In this document: in pieces, positions 23,630-37,285 of the stretch
How positions within the stretch are numbered: the first letter of the stretch is position 1
Layout of the letters: each line of letters opens with the position of its first letter
Origin: Scyliorhinus canicula
Taxonomy: Eukaryota
Reading direction: 5' to 3'
Length of the DNA: 64,000 nt
NCBI RefSeq assembly: GCF_902713615.1
Contig: NW_024055760.1
Span: forward strand, 896,533-960,532
Translations under genes and position numbers: made by a program
The notes under the pieces: generated by a model
Databases searched by the model: none
Told to the model about the DNA's origin: nothing
Seen by the model: only the letters and a program-made list of their open reading frames with translations

Positions 23630-26460
23630 GGCAGCACGGTAACGCAGTGAGTAGCATTACTGCCTCACAGCGCCGAGGTCCCAGGTTCGATCATGGCTCT
23701 GGGTCACTGTCCATGTGGAGTTTGCACATTGCTTGCATGGGTTTTTCCTCCAAAGCCCAAAGATGTGCAGGTTAGGTGGACTGACCACGCTAAATTGCCC
23801 CTTAATTGGAAAAAATGAATTCGGTACTCTAAATCTATTTTTAAAAATTAAAAAAAACAAAAATGTCAGTCATTATGGGCAGAGAAGGGCATTCGGTCCA
23901 TTGAGTCCATGCTAGCTCTCTGGTCGGCCAGGTGGTTAGCACTGTTGCTTCACAGCACCAGGGACCCAGGTTTGATTCCCGGCTTGGGTCACTGTCTGCG
24001 GTCTGTGCACGTTCTCCCCGTGTGTGTTGTGGGTTTCCACCGGGTGCTGCGGTTTCCTTCCACAAGACCCGAAAGACGTGCTTGTTAGGTGAATTGGACA
24101 TTCTGAATTCTCGCTCTGTACCTGAACAGGTGCCGGAGTGTTACGACTTGGGGATTTTCACAGTAACGTCATTGCAGTGTTAATGTAAGCTTACATGTGA
24201 CACTAATAAAGATTATTATTATCTGGAGCAATCCAGTCAGAGTCATTCTCCTGCTCTGTCTCTGTATCTTCACAGGTTTATTTCTCTCAGGTTTCTATCC
24301 AATTTTTACAAAAAAAATTTATTGTGTCTATTTCCAAACACTGTCCTTGGCAGCAAGTTTAAGGTCATTGCCACTGGCTGTGTAAAAACATTCTTCCTCC
24401 TACCTCCTGGACTATTTACATGCATAGATACGGAGCAACGTAGAAAATAGGAGCAGGAGGAGACCATTTGGCCCTTCGAGCCTGCTCCACCATTCATTAC
24501 GATCAGAGCTGATTAGGCTCAATAGCCGAATCCCGCTTTCCCCCCATATCCTTTGATCCCCTTCACCCTCAGTGCTGTATCTAACTACTTCTTGAAAACA
24601 TGCAATGTTTTGGCCTCAATTAGTTCCTGTGGCGACAAATTCCACAGGCTCACCGCTCTCTGGGTGAAGAAATGTCTCCTCATCTCTGTCCTAAATGGTC
24701 TACCCGGTATCCTCAGACTGTGACCCCTATTTCTGGACACACCACTATCGGGAACATCCTTCCTGAATCTACTCTGTCTCACCCTGTTTTTCTTTTAACA
24801 TAAATTTAGAGTGACCAAATTTTTTTTGCAATTAAGGTGCAGTTTTAACGTGGTCAATCTACCTACTCTGCACATCTTTGGATTTGTGGGGGTGAGACCC
24901 ACGCAAACACAGGGAGAATGTGCAAAATCCACAAAGACCATGGCCCGGATTGAACCCGGGTCCTCGGCGCCATGAGGCAGCAGTGCTAACCACTGACCAC
25001 CGTGCCACCCACTTTTTATAGGTTTCTATGAGATCCCCCTCATTGTTCTGAACTCCAGCGAATACAATCCAAAACAATTCAACCTAACCTGCACATCTTT
25101 GAACTGTGGGAGGAAACTGAGCACCCGGAGGAAACCCACACAAACACACGGAGAAAGTGCAAACTCCACACAGTCAGGGGGAGAATTGAACCCGGGTCCC
25201 TGGTGCTGTGAGGCAGCAGTGCTAAGCACTATGCCACCCCCTGTCTTGCAACCCTCAAGAGAAAAAAAATCCTTATCCCCATCTGAAATGGGTGACCACT
25301 CACTTTGCAACAGTGACCCCCTTGTTCCAGATTCTCCCACAAGAGAAACATCCTCTCCACATCCACCCTGTCAAGACCTCTCAGGATCTTGTATCATTCA
25401 ATCCAGGTTTTACCCAAAACTTTAAATCTGTGCCCCGACTGCTTGTATGATCAGTGAATGGAAACAGAGTTTCTTTGTCCACCCAATGGAAATCTGGCAT
25501 AATCGTGTGTCCCTGAACCAAATCTCCCCTCAACCTCCTTTGCTGGATCCATTCTGGTAAATCTCCTCTGCACCTTCTCCAAGAACCTTCCCATTCTTCC
25601 TGAAGAGTGGTGACCAGAGCTTTATAAAGATTCATAGAATAGAATTAGAACTATAGAATTCCTACAGTGCAGAAGGAGGCCATTCGTCCCATCAAGTCTG
25701 CACCGATTCTCTGAAAGGGCACCCTGCCTAGGCCCACACCCCTACCCTGTCCCTGGAACCCCATAGCCCCACCTAACCTGCACATCCCTGGACACTGAGG
25801 GGCAATTTATCAAGGCCAATCCACCTAACTTTCCCTTCTTTGGACTGTTAGAGGAAACCTGAGCACCGGGTGGAAACCCACACAGGCATGGGGGGAAAGT
25901 GCAAACTCCACACAGACAGTCACCAAGGTCACAATTGAACCCGGGTCCCTGGTGCTGTGAGGCAGCAGTGCTAACTACCGTTCCACCAGAAGCATAGTTT
26001 CTGTATCAATATTACTGTTTATGAAGGTCAAGATCGAATTTGCTTTGCCATCAACTCTCTTAATATGTCTTATAGATGTACAAATTCCCTCTTCACCTCT
26101 TTCTCTCTCCTCCCAAAGAAGCCAGTTGTGTTTTTGTGACAATTCTGCCATTTTCATTGTCACTTTTTCCCAGAACCGGCCCCACAAATGACCAGATTCA
26201 TTCAGTTCAATTTCACAACCTGCTTTTGTATTTTTCTAAAATAAATTTAGATTATCAAATTCATTTTTTCCAATTAAGGGGCAATTTAGCGTGGCCAGTC
26301 CACCTATCCTGCACATATTTGGGTTGTGGGGGTGAAACCGACGCAAACACGGGGAGAATGTGCAAACTCCACATGGACAGTGACCCGGGGCCAGGATCGA
26401 ACCTGGGACCTCGGAGCCGTGAGGCAGCAGGGCTCACACACTGTGCCGCCATGTTGCCCA
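23630..26460. mobile_element. SINE/CR1 mosaic upstream of ZNF-A coding exon
   Basis: Short-tail SINEs 23630-23860(+), 24790-25012(-), 26235-26460(-); tail-3 SINE 23930-24220(+); CR1 3' pieces 24425-24785(-), 25240-25620(-); HE1 25632-25987(-). Confidence 0.75.
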
Positions 26461-26629
26461 CCTTTGTGTTTTTCTGGGTTCTCTCTCACTCCCTATTTTC
26501 TGTTTTAAATCAGTTTCACAGTGTGTTCGAATGGGAGACTTCAAAGTCCAGAAACTCAAACCAAGCATCACGTCAGGATCTGACAGAGTCCTCAATTTAT
26601 CATATCCTGAATATCAGCGGATTTTGATC

Positions 26630-27667
26630 ATGGAAGGAAAAAGCATCGTTCACAGTGGGGAGAAACCGTACACGTGTTGCGTGTGTGGACGAAGATTCAG
26701 TCAATCATCAGGCCTCACAAGCCACAAATGCAGTCACACAGAGGAGAAACCATGGAAATGTGGGGACTGTGGCAAAGGATTCACTTACCCATCCAAACTG
26801 GAAACTCATCAACGCAGTCACACTGGGGAGAGACCATTCACCTGCTCCAAGTGTGGGAAGGGATTCACTCAGTCATCCACCCTGCTGAGTCACCAGCGAG
26901 TTCACACTGATGAGAGACCGTTTCAATGTCCAGATTGCGGGAAGTGCTATAAATGTTCTGGGGAACTAATGTGCCATCAACGTGTTCACACTGACGAGAA
27001 ACCGTTTAGGTGCTCTGACTGCGGGACCGGGTTCAGACGGTCAGCTGATCTCGCTGTACATCAGCAAATTCATACTGGGGAGAGGCCATTCGCCTGCTCC
27101 AAGTGTGGGAAGGGATTCATTCGGTCATCGGCCCTGCTGAGACACCAGCGAAGTCACACTGGGGAGAGACCATTCACCTGCTCCGAGTGTGGGAAGAGAT
27201 TCAGTCACTCATCCAACCTGCTGAGTCACCAGCGAGTTCACACTGGGGAGAGTCCATTCACCTGCTCCAATTGTGGGAAGGGTTTCACCACTTCATCCCA
27301 CCTGCTGAGACACCAGCGAGTTCACACTGGGCAGAGACCATTCACCTGCTCCGAGTGTGGGAAGAGATTCACTCAGTCATCCAACCTGGTGAGTCACCAG
27401 CGAGTTCATACTGGGGAGAGACCATTCACCTGCTCCAAATGTGGGAAGAGATTCAGTCACTCATCCAACCTGCTGAGTCACCAGCGAGTTCACACTGGGG
27501 AGAGTCCATTCACCTGCTCCAATTGTGGGAAGGGTTTTGTCACTTCATCCCACCTGCTGAGACACCAGCGAGTTCACACCGGGGAGAGACCATTCACCTG
27601 CTCCGAGTGTGGGAAGGGATTCACTCAGTCATCAAACCTGCTGAGACACCAACGAGGCCACAAGTAA
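26630..27667 (+). CDS. ZNF-A: C2H2 zinc-finger protein, 12 tandem fingers, 345 aa from [13 protein letters not shown]
   Basis: Open frame 26531-27667, canonical CxxC-x12-HxxxH with TGERP linkers; acceptor TTTCACAG ending 26521; no effector domain in this exon. Confidence 0.92.
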   Translation: MEGKSIVHSGEKPYTCCVCGRRFSQSSGLTSHKCSHTEEKPWKCGDCGKGFTYPSKLETHQRSHTGERPFTCSKCGKGFTQSSTLLSHQRVHTDERPFQCPDCGKCYKCSGELMCHQRVHTDEKPFRCSDCGTGFRRSADLAVHQQIHTGERPFACSKCGKGFIRSSALLRHQRSHTGERPFTCSECGKRFSHSSNLLSHQRVHTGESPFTCSNCGKGFTTSSHLLRHQRVHTGQRPFTCSECGKRFTQSSNLVSHQRVHTGERPFTCSKCGKRFSHSSNLLSHQRVHTGESPFTCSNCGKGFVTSSHLLRHQRVHTGERPFTCSECGKGFTQSSNLLRHQRGHK

Positions 27668-27899
27668 CCACAGTGATTGGATTTTGCTGTTACTCACATT
27701 CAGGACTGAGCCATGTTCATTTGGGTCTTTTTCTGCTGATAACAAACTCCAGCCCATTTACAGGGGCTAATATTCTGGCTAAAAATCAAATAAATTAGAT
27801 TTGTGTTAAATACGCAGTGTGTTGAAACTTTTTGATATCTCTGACACAAGTTAGTTCCTTTTGAAGTGTGAGGAGCTTGTGGAGCTTCTTTGTGACTGA

Positions 27900-28360
27900 G
27901 ATTGAGTCAATCCGATCAGCTGCCTCTGCTGCTTCCCTCCCTTCCACGAGCCCACCGGACCAAACTGTCTCTAAATTTCATCCTTTCCCAAGCCCTGAAC
28001 CCACATCTTTTTCTAGTTTCTCTCCCACCTCCTCTGAGAGCTCATCTTGTCCATGAGACCCAGCTCCTGGCCCATCGACCCTATCCCCACTGAGCTACTG
28101 ATCAGCCAACTACCCTGTGTCTATGGATATTGTCAACATTTCTGTCTCTTCAGGTACTGTCCCTCTGTCCTTCAAATCTGCCATCATCACCCCCTCAATA
28201 AAACAGACCCTTGACCCTGCCATCCTTACAAATTACCATCTTCAACCTCCATCTCCTCTCCAAACTCTTTGAACATGTTGCTACCTCCCAAATCCTTGCC
28301 CATCTTTCCCAGAACTCCCATGTTTGAATCCTTCAATCAGGTGTCCGCCCTGTTTCAGTC
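27900..28360 (+). mobile_element. L2-clade LINE RT-proximal fragment
   Basis: IVNISVSSGTVPLSFKSAIITP...LDPAILTNY...SKLFEHV pattern. Confidence 0.6.
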
Positions 28361-29854
28361 GTGAAATACAAGAGACAAACAAAATCTTACCCGGAGAGAA
28401 GACAGACAATCCGGGAGCTTGGATGCAAGGGCGGCACAGTAGCACAGTGGGTAGCACTGTTGATTCACAGCACCTGGGACCCGGGTTCGATATCCGTCTT
28501 GGTCATTGTGCAGAGTCTGCAAGTTCTCCCCGTGTCTGCGTGGGTTTCGTTCGGGTGACCCGCTTTCCTCCCACAGTCCAAAGATGTGCAGGTTAGGTGG
28601 ATTGACTGTGCTAAATTGCCCTTGGTGTCCAAAAAGGTTAGGTGGGGTTGCGGGGATAGGGTGGAGGCATGGGCTTAAGTAGACTGCTCTTTCCCAGGGC
28701 TGGTACAGACTCAATTCTCGGATTCTATAAAGTGGGATTGTCCTTTCTGAGCTCCAGCCAGGTGATGTTAAACACTCAGGCGGGAAAGACAAAAATCTAC
28801 AACGTGTTTAAAACAGCTGATTTGTTTCACCAATATCATTCTAGGATGTTAAACTCCAGTCCCTTCGAGGTTATTTTCATCAGAAACAATCTCCAACTAT
28901 CAGAGTAAAAACCTCAAAGTTCTGGTACAGATAGAGGCCATTTGGCCCATTGTGTGTGTGCTGGCTGAAGTGGAGCTATTCAGCTTAATCCCATTTTGCA
29001 GATCTCAGTCGATTGTCCTGTATGTCCCAGTCCTTCAATTGGATATCCAAGACATTAATTTTAAAGTGATCAGGATTTCTGTTTCTGTGACGCTACCAGA
29101 CAGCGAGTTCTAGACTCCCACCACTGAAATGATTTCCCCCTTCCAGTCGCAATGCTCTGCTAATTACTTTAAATCTAAACCCCTTGATTATTGATCTGTT
29201 AATGAAATAGATCCTTCTTATCCATTCTATCCGGGCCCTCAGAATGTTAAACACCTCAGTTAATCTCTCCTCAGCATTCTCTGTTCCACAGAAAACCACC
29301 TCGACCTCTCCAATCTTTCCTCATTGTTAAAATTCTCCATTTGTGTCGGCATGCTGGTCAATCTCCTCTGCATTCTCTTTGGGATGAACACATACTTCCT
29401 GTAATGTGGTGCCCAGAGCTGTACTCAGTAATGTAGCTGTGGTTTAACTAGTGTTTGGACAGCTCCAGTATAACCTCCCTGATCTTATAATAAACACAGA
29501 AAATGCTGGACATACTCAGCAGCTCTGGCAGCATCTGTGGAGAGATGGGTTTCAGGTCTTTCCTCCAATAGAAATTGCTGGGAATATTCCCTGCTCTAGT
29601 ATTCTGTCCCCGTGAATAACAAAGTATCCTCTCTGCCTTCACAATCACCGTATCTATCTCTCCTGTCACCTTCAGGGATCTGTGGACATGCACTCTAACG
29701 CCCCTTTTTCCCTCTCACCTCACTATCATACCATTCATATTCTTTCCCTTTGCCGTGTTTGTCCACCACAAATGTATTTCTTATCCCGCGCTTCTCTGGA
29801 TTGACCTGTTTGCTACTTTTCTGGCCCGCTGATCAGTCTATTGATGTCTTCCTG

Positions 29855-31128
29855 TAGTCATTACAGCCTTGGTTCAAACATGGACAAAAGCGCTGAATGC
29901 CAGAGGTGAGGTGAGAGTGTCTGCCCTGGACATCAAGGCAGCACTTGACCGAGTATGGCATCCAGGAGCCCCAGCTAATCTGGAGTCAATGGGAATCAGG
30001 GGAAAACTCTCCGCTGGTTGGAGTCGTACCTGGCACAAAGAAAGATGGTTGTGGTGGTTGGAGGCCAACCATTTCAGCTCCAGGACATCACTGCAGGCAT
30101 TCCTCAGGGTAGTGTCTTCGGCCCAACCATCTTCAGCTGCTTCATCAATGACCTGCCTTCATCATAAGGTCAGAAGTGGGGATGTTTGCGGATGACTGCA
30201 CAGTGTTCAGAATCATTCGCCAACCCTGAGATAATGAAGCCGTCCATGTCCAAATGCAGCAAGACTTGGACAATATCCAGGCTTGGGCTGAGAAGTGGCA
30301 AGTTACATTCGTGCCACACAAGTGTCAGGCAATCACCATATCTTCCAAGAGAGGATCTAACCATCGTCCCTTGACATTGAATGATATTACCATTGCTGAA
30401 TTCCTCACAATCAACATCCTGGGGGGTGCCATTGATCAATACCGTGGATGAGCCATATTAATACTGTGGTTACCAGGAAAGGTCAAAGACTAGGAATCCT
30501 ACGAAGGGTAACTCATCTCCTGAACCCCCCCCCCCCCCACCCTCCCCCCCTTCCCTCCCCCCCCCCCCCCCCCTCTCAAAGCCTGTCCACCATCTGCAAT
30601 GCACAAGTCAGGAGTATAATGGAATACTCTCCAGTTGCCTGGATGAGTGCAGCTCCAACAACACTCAAGAAGCTCAACAGCATCCAGGACAAAGCAGCCC
30701 GCTTGATTGCTCCCCCTTCCACAAACATTCAAACCATCTATCACCGACGAACAGTGGCAGCCGTGTGTACCGTCTACAAGATGCACTGCAGTAACTCAAC
30801 AATGTTCCTTATTTAGTACCTTCTAAACCCATGACCACCGCCATCTCGAAGGCCAAGAGTAGTAGATCACTGGGAACCCCACCAGCTGGAGGCTCCCCTC
30901 CAAGTCACTCACCACCCCGACTGGGAAATATATCACCGTTCCTTCGCTGTCACTGGGATAAAATCCTGGAACTCTCTCCCTAACAGCACAGTGGGTGTAC
31001 CTACACCTGAAGGACTGCAGCGGTTCAAGAAGGAAACTCCCCACCACGTTCTGAAGGGCATCTAGGGATGGGCAATAAATGCTGGCCTAACCAGTGAAGC
31101 CCACATCCCATAAATGAATAATAAAAGT
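29855..31128 (+). mobile_element. CR1/L2-group LINE, 5'-truncated, frameshifted RT
   Basis: ALDIKAALDRVWH, QGSVFGP-like and ADD motifs; 3' end GGGCAATAAATGCTGGCC...ATGAATAATAAAA. Confidence 0.82.
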
Positions 31129-32004
31129 CTGCAGCTTTCTTTCTCACTGCGAAAAAGAGGACCGTAAATTACTTAATCTTGTCCCCATGTTAAAGTCTAA
31201 AGCATTGATATAGAACTCAGGAAGCATGGAAACGTGTCCTGGGAAATCTAGAATCCCACTGGAAATACTCCACGAATCACCAACATACCTCTCGACCACT
31301 GCCCTTTGCTTCCTGCTGCTCCAGCTGATGTCACTTCCTGCACTTGTGATTGTTCTGGACATGAGAAGTATCCTGGTTTTCCCACGTGGAGCAGGACTGG
31401 AATCCCCGGCCAGGTCTTTAATTATTTGATTATTTGACTTAAGCAAAATAAATTTAAGATTAAAATAAATAAAGATTCATCAGCTTCTCACCAATCAGTT
31501 TCTTCCGTTGAGCTGAAGTCACCTTTTATCCGGAATTAACTGAAATGTTTTTGATAATTGTTTTTTTTAAATAAATTTAAAGTATCCAATTCTTTTTTTT
31601 CCAATTAAGGGACAATTTAGCATGACCAATTCACCGACCCTGCTCACCTTTGGGTTGTAGGGTAAGACACACGCAGACACAGGGAGAATGTGCAAACTCC
31701 ACTCGGACAGTGATCCGGGGCCGGGAACAAAACCAGGTCCTCAGCGCCTTCAGGCAGCAGTGCTAACCAGTGTGCCACCATGCCACCCGTTTTTGTTAAT
31801 TGTTAATATCTAAACCTCTCAAATGATTAATTGACTGAAAAATTCAGATGTCTTTACTCTTACAATGCCAACTTCATCTTTATCCCCTGAATTTGATTAG
31901 CGGACCACAAACTAATTCTGCGAACGATGACTAGATTATTTCAGTTTTGTGATAATTAATGAATTGTCTCACTTTATAATTGATGAATGCAGTGACCAGG
32001 ATGT

Positions 32005-34010
32005 GCTCTCCACAGGACTGGGCTGGCCTGTCATTGCCACGGGACTGGGATGCCCTGTCATTGCCACAGGACTGGGATGCCCTGTCATTGCCACAGGACT
32101 GGGAGGCCCTGTCATTGCCACAGGACTGGGATGGCCTGTCATTGCCAAGGGACTGGGATGGCCTGTCAGTGCCACAGAACTGGGATGCCCTGTCATTGCC
32201 AAGGGACTGGGGTGGCCTGTCATTACCAAGGGACTGGGATGCCCTGTCTTTGCCAAGGGACTGGGATGGCCTGTCATTGCCACAGGACTGGGATGGCCCG
32301 TCATTGCCACAGGGCTGGGATGGCCTGTCATTGCCAAGGGACTGGGATGGCCTGTCATTGCCACAGGACTGGGATGGCCTGTCATTGCCACAGGACTGGG
32401 ATGGCCTGTCATTGCCACAGGACTGGGATGGCCTGTCATTGCCAAGGGACTGGGATGCCCTGTCATTGCCACAGGACTGGGATGGCCTGTCATTGCCACA
32501 GGGCTGGGATGGCCTGTCATTGCCAAGGGACTGGGATGGCCTGTCATTGCCAAGGGACTGGGATGGCCTGTCATTGCCAAGGGACTGGGATGCCCTGTCA
32601 TTGCCAAGGGACTGGGATGGTCTGTCATTGCCACAGGACTGGGATGCCCTGTCATTACCAAGGGACTGGGCTGGCCTGTCATTGCCAAGGGACTGGGATG
32701 CCCTGTCATTGCCACAGGACTGGGATGCCCTGTCATTGCCACAGGACTGGGATGGCCTGTCATTGCCACAGGACTGGGATGCCCTGTCATTGCCAAGGGA
32801 CTGGGATGGCCTGTCATTGCCAAGGGACTGGGATGGCCTGTCATTGCCAAGGGACTGGGATGGCCTGTCATTGCCAAGGGACTGGGATGGCCTGTCATTG
32901 CCAAGGGACTGGGATGCCCTGTCATTGCCACAGGGCTGGGATGGCCTGTCATTGCCAAGGGACTGGGATGCCCTGTCATTGCCACAGGACTGGGATGGCC
33001 TGTCATTGCCACAGGACTGGGATGGCCTGTCATTGCCACAGGACTGGGATGGCCTGTCATTGCCACAGGACTGGGATGGCCTGTCATTGCCACAGGACTG
33101 GGATGCCCTGTCATTGCCACAGGACTGGGATGGTCTGTCATTGACACAGGACTGGGATGGCCTATCATTGCCAAGGGACTGGGATGGCCTGTCATTGCCA
33201 CAGGACTGGGATGCCCTGTCATTGCCACAGGACTGGGATGGGCTGTCATTGCCACAGGACTGGGATGGCCTGTCATTGCCAAGGGACTGGGATGGCCTGT
33301 CATTGCCACAGGGCTGGGATGGCCTGTCATTGCCACAGGACTGGGATTCCCTGTCATTGCCACAGGACTGGGATGGCCTGTCATTGCCACAGGACTGGGA
33401 TTCCCTGTCATTGCCAAGGGACTGGGATGGCCTGTCATTGCCACAGGACTGGGATGGCCTGTCATTGCCACAGGACTGGGATTCCCTGTCATTGCCAAGG
33501 GACTGGGATGGCCTGTCATTGCCACAGGACTGGGATGGCCTGTCATTGCCAAGGGACTGGGATGGCCTGTCATTGCCACAGGACTGGGATGGCCTGTCAT
33601 TGCCACAGGACTGGGATGGCCTGTCATTGCCACAGGACTGGGATGGCCTGTCACTGCCACAGGACTGGGATGCCCTGTCATTGCCACAGGACTGGGATGG
33701 CCTGTCATTGCCACAGGACTGGGATGGCCTGTCATTGCCACAGGACTGGGATGGCCTGTCATTGCCAAGAGACTGGGATGGCCTGTCATTGCCACAGGAC
33801 TGGGATGGCCTGTCATTGCCAAGGGACTGGGATGCCCTGTCATTGCCACAGGACTGGGATGGCCTGTCATTGCCACAGGACTGGGATGCCCAGTCATTGC
33901 CACAGGACTGGGATGCCCTGTCATTGCCACAGGACTGGGATGGTCTGTCATTGCCACAGGACTGGGATGCCCTGTCATTGCCACAGGACTGAGATGCCCT
34001 GTCATTGCCT
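32005..34010. repeat. 27-bp minisatellite, ~74 copies
   Basis: Unit CCTGTCATTGCCACAGGACTGGGATGG with recurring variants (CACA/CAAG, TGGC/TGCC). Confidence 0.97.
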
Positions 34011-35204
34011 TTATTTATTCCATTATTAACTGACTGAAGCAACAATAAACTGGAGGTTAAAATAAATAAAGATTCATCAACCACTCACTAATCAGGTCGA
34101 TCCATTTGCCTGAAGTCACGTTATTTTTATCAGGAATTAACTGAAATGATTTTCTTCAATCTTATTACCTAAACAGATTGGATTTTAACTTACTGAAGAA
34201 TTCAGACTTTTTCACTGCTCCAATCACTTGTCATTCAGCTGCAACTTTATTCTCTTGATTTGATCAACAGAACACTAACTGCAATTATATAAATAATCAA
34301 ATTGATTCAGGTTTATACTAATTAATGAATCATGACTTATAGTTCATTAATGCAGTGACCAGAATGCTTCTCGCATAATCTCCTTGCTCTTATATTCCAG
34401 GCCTCATCCAAGAAAGGATTCTTGGCAGCCTGATCAATCTATCCAGCTACCTGTGGATAGGGACTCCAATGCCTCTCTGTTGCTCTATGTTCTCAGTATC
34501 ATTCTATTCATAGTTCATTCCCTTGTCTTGTTTTCACTCTGAAATTCATTATCTCTCAATGTTTGCAGCACAGCAGTTAACACTGTTCACAGCGCCAGGG
34601 TCCCAGGTTCGATTCCCAGCTTCGGTCACTGGTCTGTGCGGAGTCTGCATATTCTCTCTGTAGCTGTCTGGGTTTCCTCCAGGTGCTCCAGTTACCTCCC
34701 ATAATTCCTGAAAGACATGCTTGTGGGTTGAATTGGACATTCTGAACTCTCCATCAGTGTACCTAAACAGGCACCAGAATGTGGCGACTAGGGGATTTTC
34801 ACAGTCACTTCATTGCAGTGTTGACGTTAGCCTACTTATGACAATTATTTTTTTTATTTTTTTTTATAAATTTAGATTACCCAATTATTTTTTCCAATTA
34901 AGGGGCAATTTAGTGTGGCCAATCCACCTACTCTGCACATTTTTGGGTTGTGGGGGCGAAACCCACTCAGACACGGGGAGAATGTGCAAACTCTACACAG
35001 ACAGTGACCCAGAGCCGGGATCGAACCTGGGACCTCAGTGCCGTGAGGCGGTTGTGCTAACCACTAGGCCACCGTGCTGCCCCACTTATGACAATAATAA
35101 AGATTATTATTAAATTGAATTCCGGGGCGGCAGGTTGGCGCATTGGGGTATGTGGAACATTCCTTGTTCCAGGCCTACCCGGGTCACCTCCCATAACCCC
35201 TTTA

Positions 35205-36770
35205 CCGGTACATTGATGACTATTTTGGTGCTGATTTATGCTGTCGTCCGGAACTGGAAAATATTCATCAACTTTGCTTCCAGTTTCCACCGCTTCATCA
35301 CTTTCAACTGGTCCATCTTAGACTCCTCCCCTCCCTTCCCTTCCTTGACCTTGCTAGCTCCATTTCTGGCAATAGACTATCTACTAATATCTATTACAAT
35401 CCCACTGACTCCCACAGCTATCTTCACACCCTACACCCTGTAAGGACTCCCTCCCTTTCTCTCAGCTCTTCCACCTCTGTCGCATTTGTTCCGATGATGC
35501 CACTTACCAAAGTGGTGCTTCAAATGTGTTCCTTCTTCCTCAACCATGATTCATCACCTACAGCTGTAGACAGGGCCCTCAACAGTGCGCGGTCCATCTC
35601 CACACCACTACCCTTGCCCCGTCCCCTCCCTCCAATAACAAGGATAGAATCCCCCTCATTCTCACATTTCACCCCACCACCCTCCGTTTACAAAGCATAA
35701 TCCTCTGCCATTTTCGCCAACTTCAACATGATGTCACCACCAAACACATCTTCCCATCACTCCCTCTGTCAGCATTCCACAAAGACCGTTCCCTCCAAGA
35801 TAATCTAGTCCACTCCTCCACAATACCCACCTCTCCCATCACCTATGGCACCTTCCCATGCAATCGCAGAAGGTGCAACACCTGCCCTTTTACCTCTTCC
35901 ATGCTTAACATCCCAGGCCCAAAACATTAATTCCAGGTTTAAGCAGCGTTTCACATGCACCTCTTTCAATTTGGTCTATTGCATTCACTGCTTCCAATGT
36001 GGTCTCCTCTATGTCAGAGAGACCAAACGTAGATCTTCACTCTGTGCGCATTCAAGTCCCTGACCTTTCCGTTGATTGCCATTTTAACACAAGACCGTGT
36101 TCCCATGCCCACATGCCTGTCCTTGGCCTGCTGCAATGTTCCAGCGAAGCTCAAAGCAAACTGGAGGAACAGTATCTCATCTTCCAGTTGGGCATGCTAC
36201 AGCCTTCCGGTCTCAACATTAGAACATAGAACAGTACAGCACAGAACAGGCCCTTCGGCCCTCGATGTTGTGCCGAGCCATGATCACCCTACTCAAACCC
36301 ACGTATCCACCCTATACCCGTAACCCAACAACCCCCCCCCCCCCCCCCCCCCCCAACCTTACTTTTTAGGACACTACGGGCAATTTAGCATGGCCAATCC
36401 ACCTAACCCGCACATCTTTGGACTGTGGGAGGAAACCGGAGCACCCGGAGGAAACCCACGCACACAGGGGGAGGACGTGCAGACTCCACACAGACAGTGA
36501 CCCAGCCGGGAATCGAACCTGGGACCCTGGAGCTGTGTTTAGCTCTCTTTTCCCTTGGTTTCTGTGGCTATGACTCATCTTTCATTCTCTCACCCTACAA
36601 TATAAGTATCTCCCACTTTCAACGGCTGTTAGCTTTGACAAAGAAGTTGTCTTGACAAAGAAATTCCACTGAGCTGGGCTCCTTTTTCTCCTTACAGATG
36701 CTGCCAGACCTGCTGAGATTTTCCAACATTTTCTCTTTTAGTTTCAGATTGCAACAATTTGCTTTTGTTT
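35205..36770 (+). mobile_element. Degraded Penelope-like element (RT YIDD + GIY-YIG), HE1 SINE inside at 36220-36538 (-)
   Basis: RYIDDYFG at ~35208; RFTCTSFNLVYCIHCFQCGLLYVRETKR at ~35945-36030. Confidence 0.82.
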
Positions 36771-36954
36771 AGAACAGCCATTTAAATCACTTTGGGAAAT
36801 AGAACATATCACAACACCCATTTGCACGAATTAGCGTTTTATTTAAACGAGGCAACAAAATATATCTTCGACTACCTATTCGGAGTTTCAATGATGCTGT
36901 TATTACCCAACATACCCAGCGTTTGTGAATCTGCCCTGATCACTTCACAGGAGC

Positions 36955-37285
36955 CCAGTACGCAGGCGTAATGCTGTATCTGGAGCATGCGCAGTGTCAC
37001 TGTACTCCGAGCCCTGCAAGTGCGGGAGAGGCTTTTTTTGACAGGTTGACAGGTGAGGGTCGCTGGGGCGGAGGGAGGAATGGAGTCAGGTGTTCGGTTG
37101 GGGAAGGAGCGGAGACTTCATAAACACCTGGTGCAGGCTGCAAGCCCCGACAGGAGCCTGCCGGTCTCCTGCTTTATGCTCCAGGGCTTTTTCCCGGGAA
37201 CAGGCCCGAGTTAATGGCCGCCATCTTGTTTCTGCGGGCAGCGGAGCGCATGCGCGGATTTGGGCGGACTAGTGGGCGGGGCCTC
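36955..37285. promoter_or_regulatory. CpG-rich promoter cassette P2 (upstream of ZNF-B)
   Basis: GCATGCGCA 36985, GGCCGCCATCTT 37216, GCGCATGCGC 37246, GC box. Confidence 0.72.

Noticed and set aside
32005-34010. CRISPR-like array
   Set aside because: Head-to-tail repeats with no unique spacers, no cas genes, vertebrate DNA
31931-34084. 290-717 aa ORFs in five frames
   Set aside because: Product of a stop-free 27-bp minisatellite; no unique coding sequence or splice support
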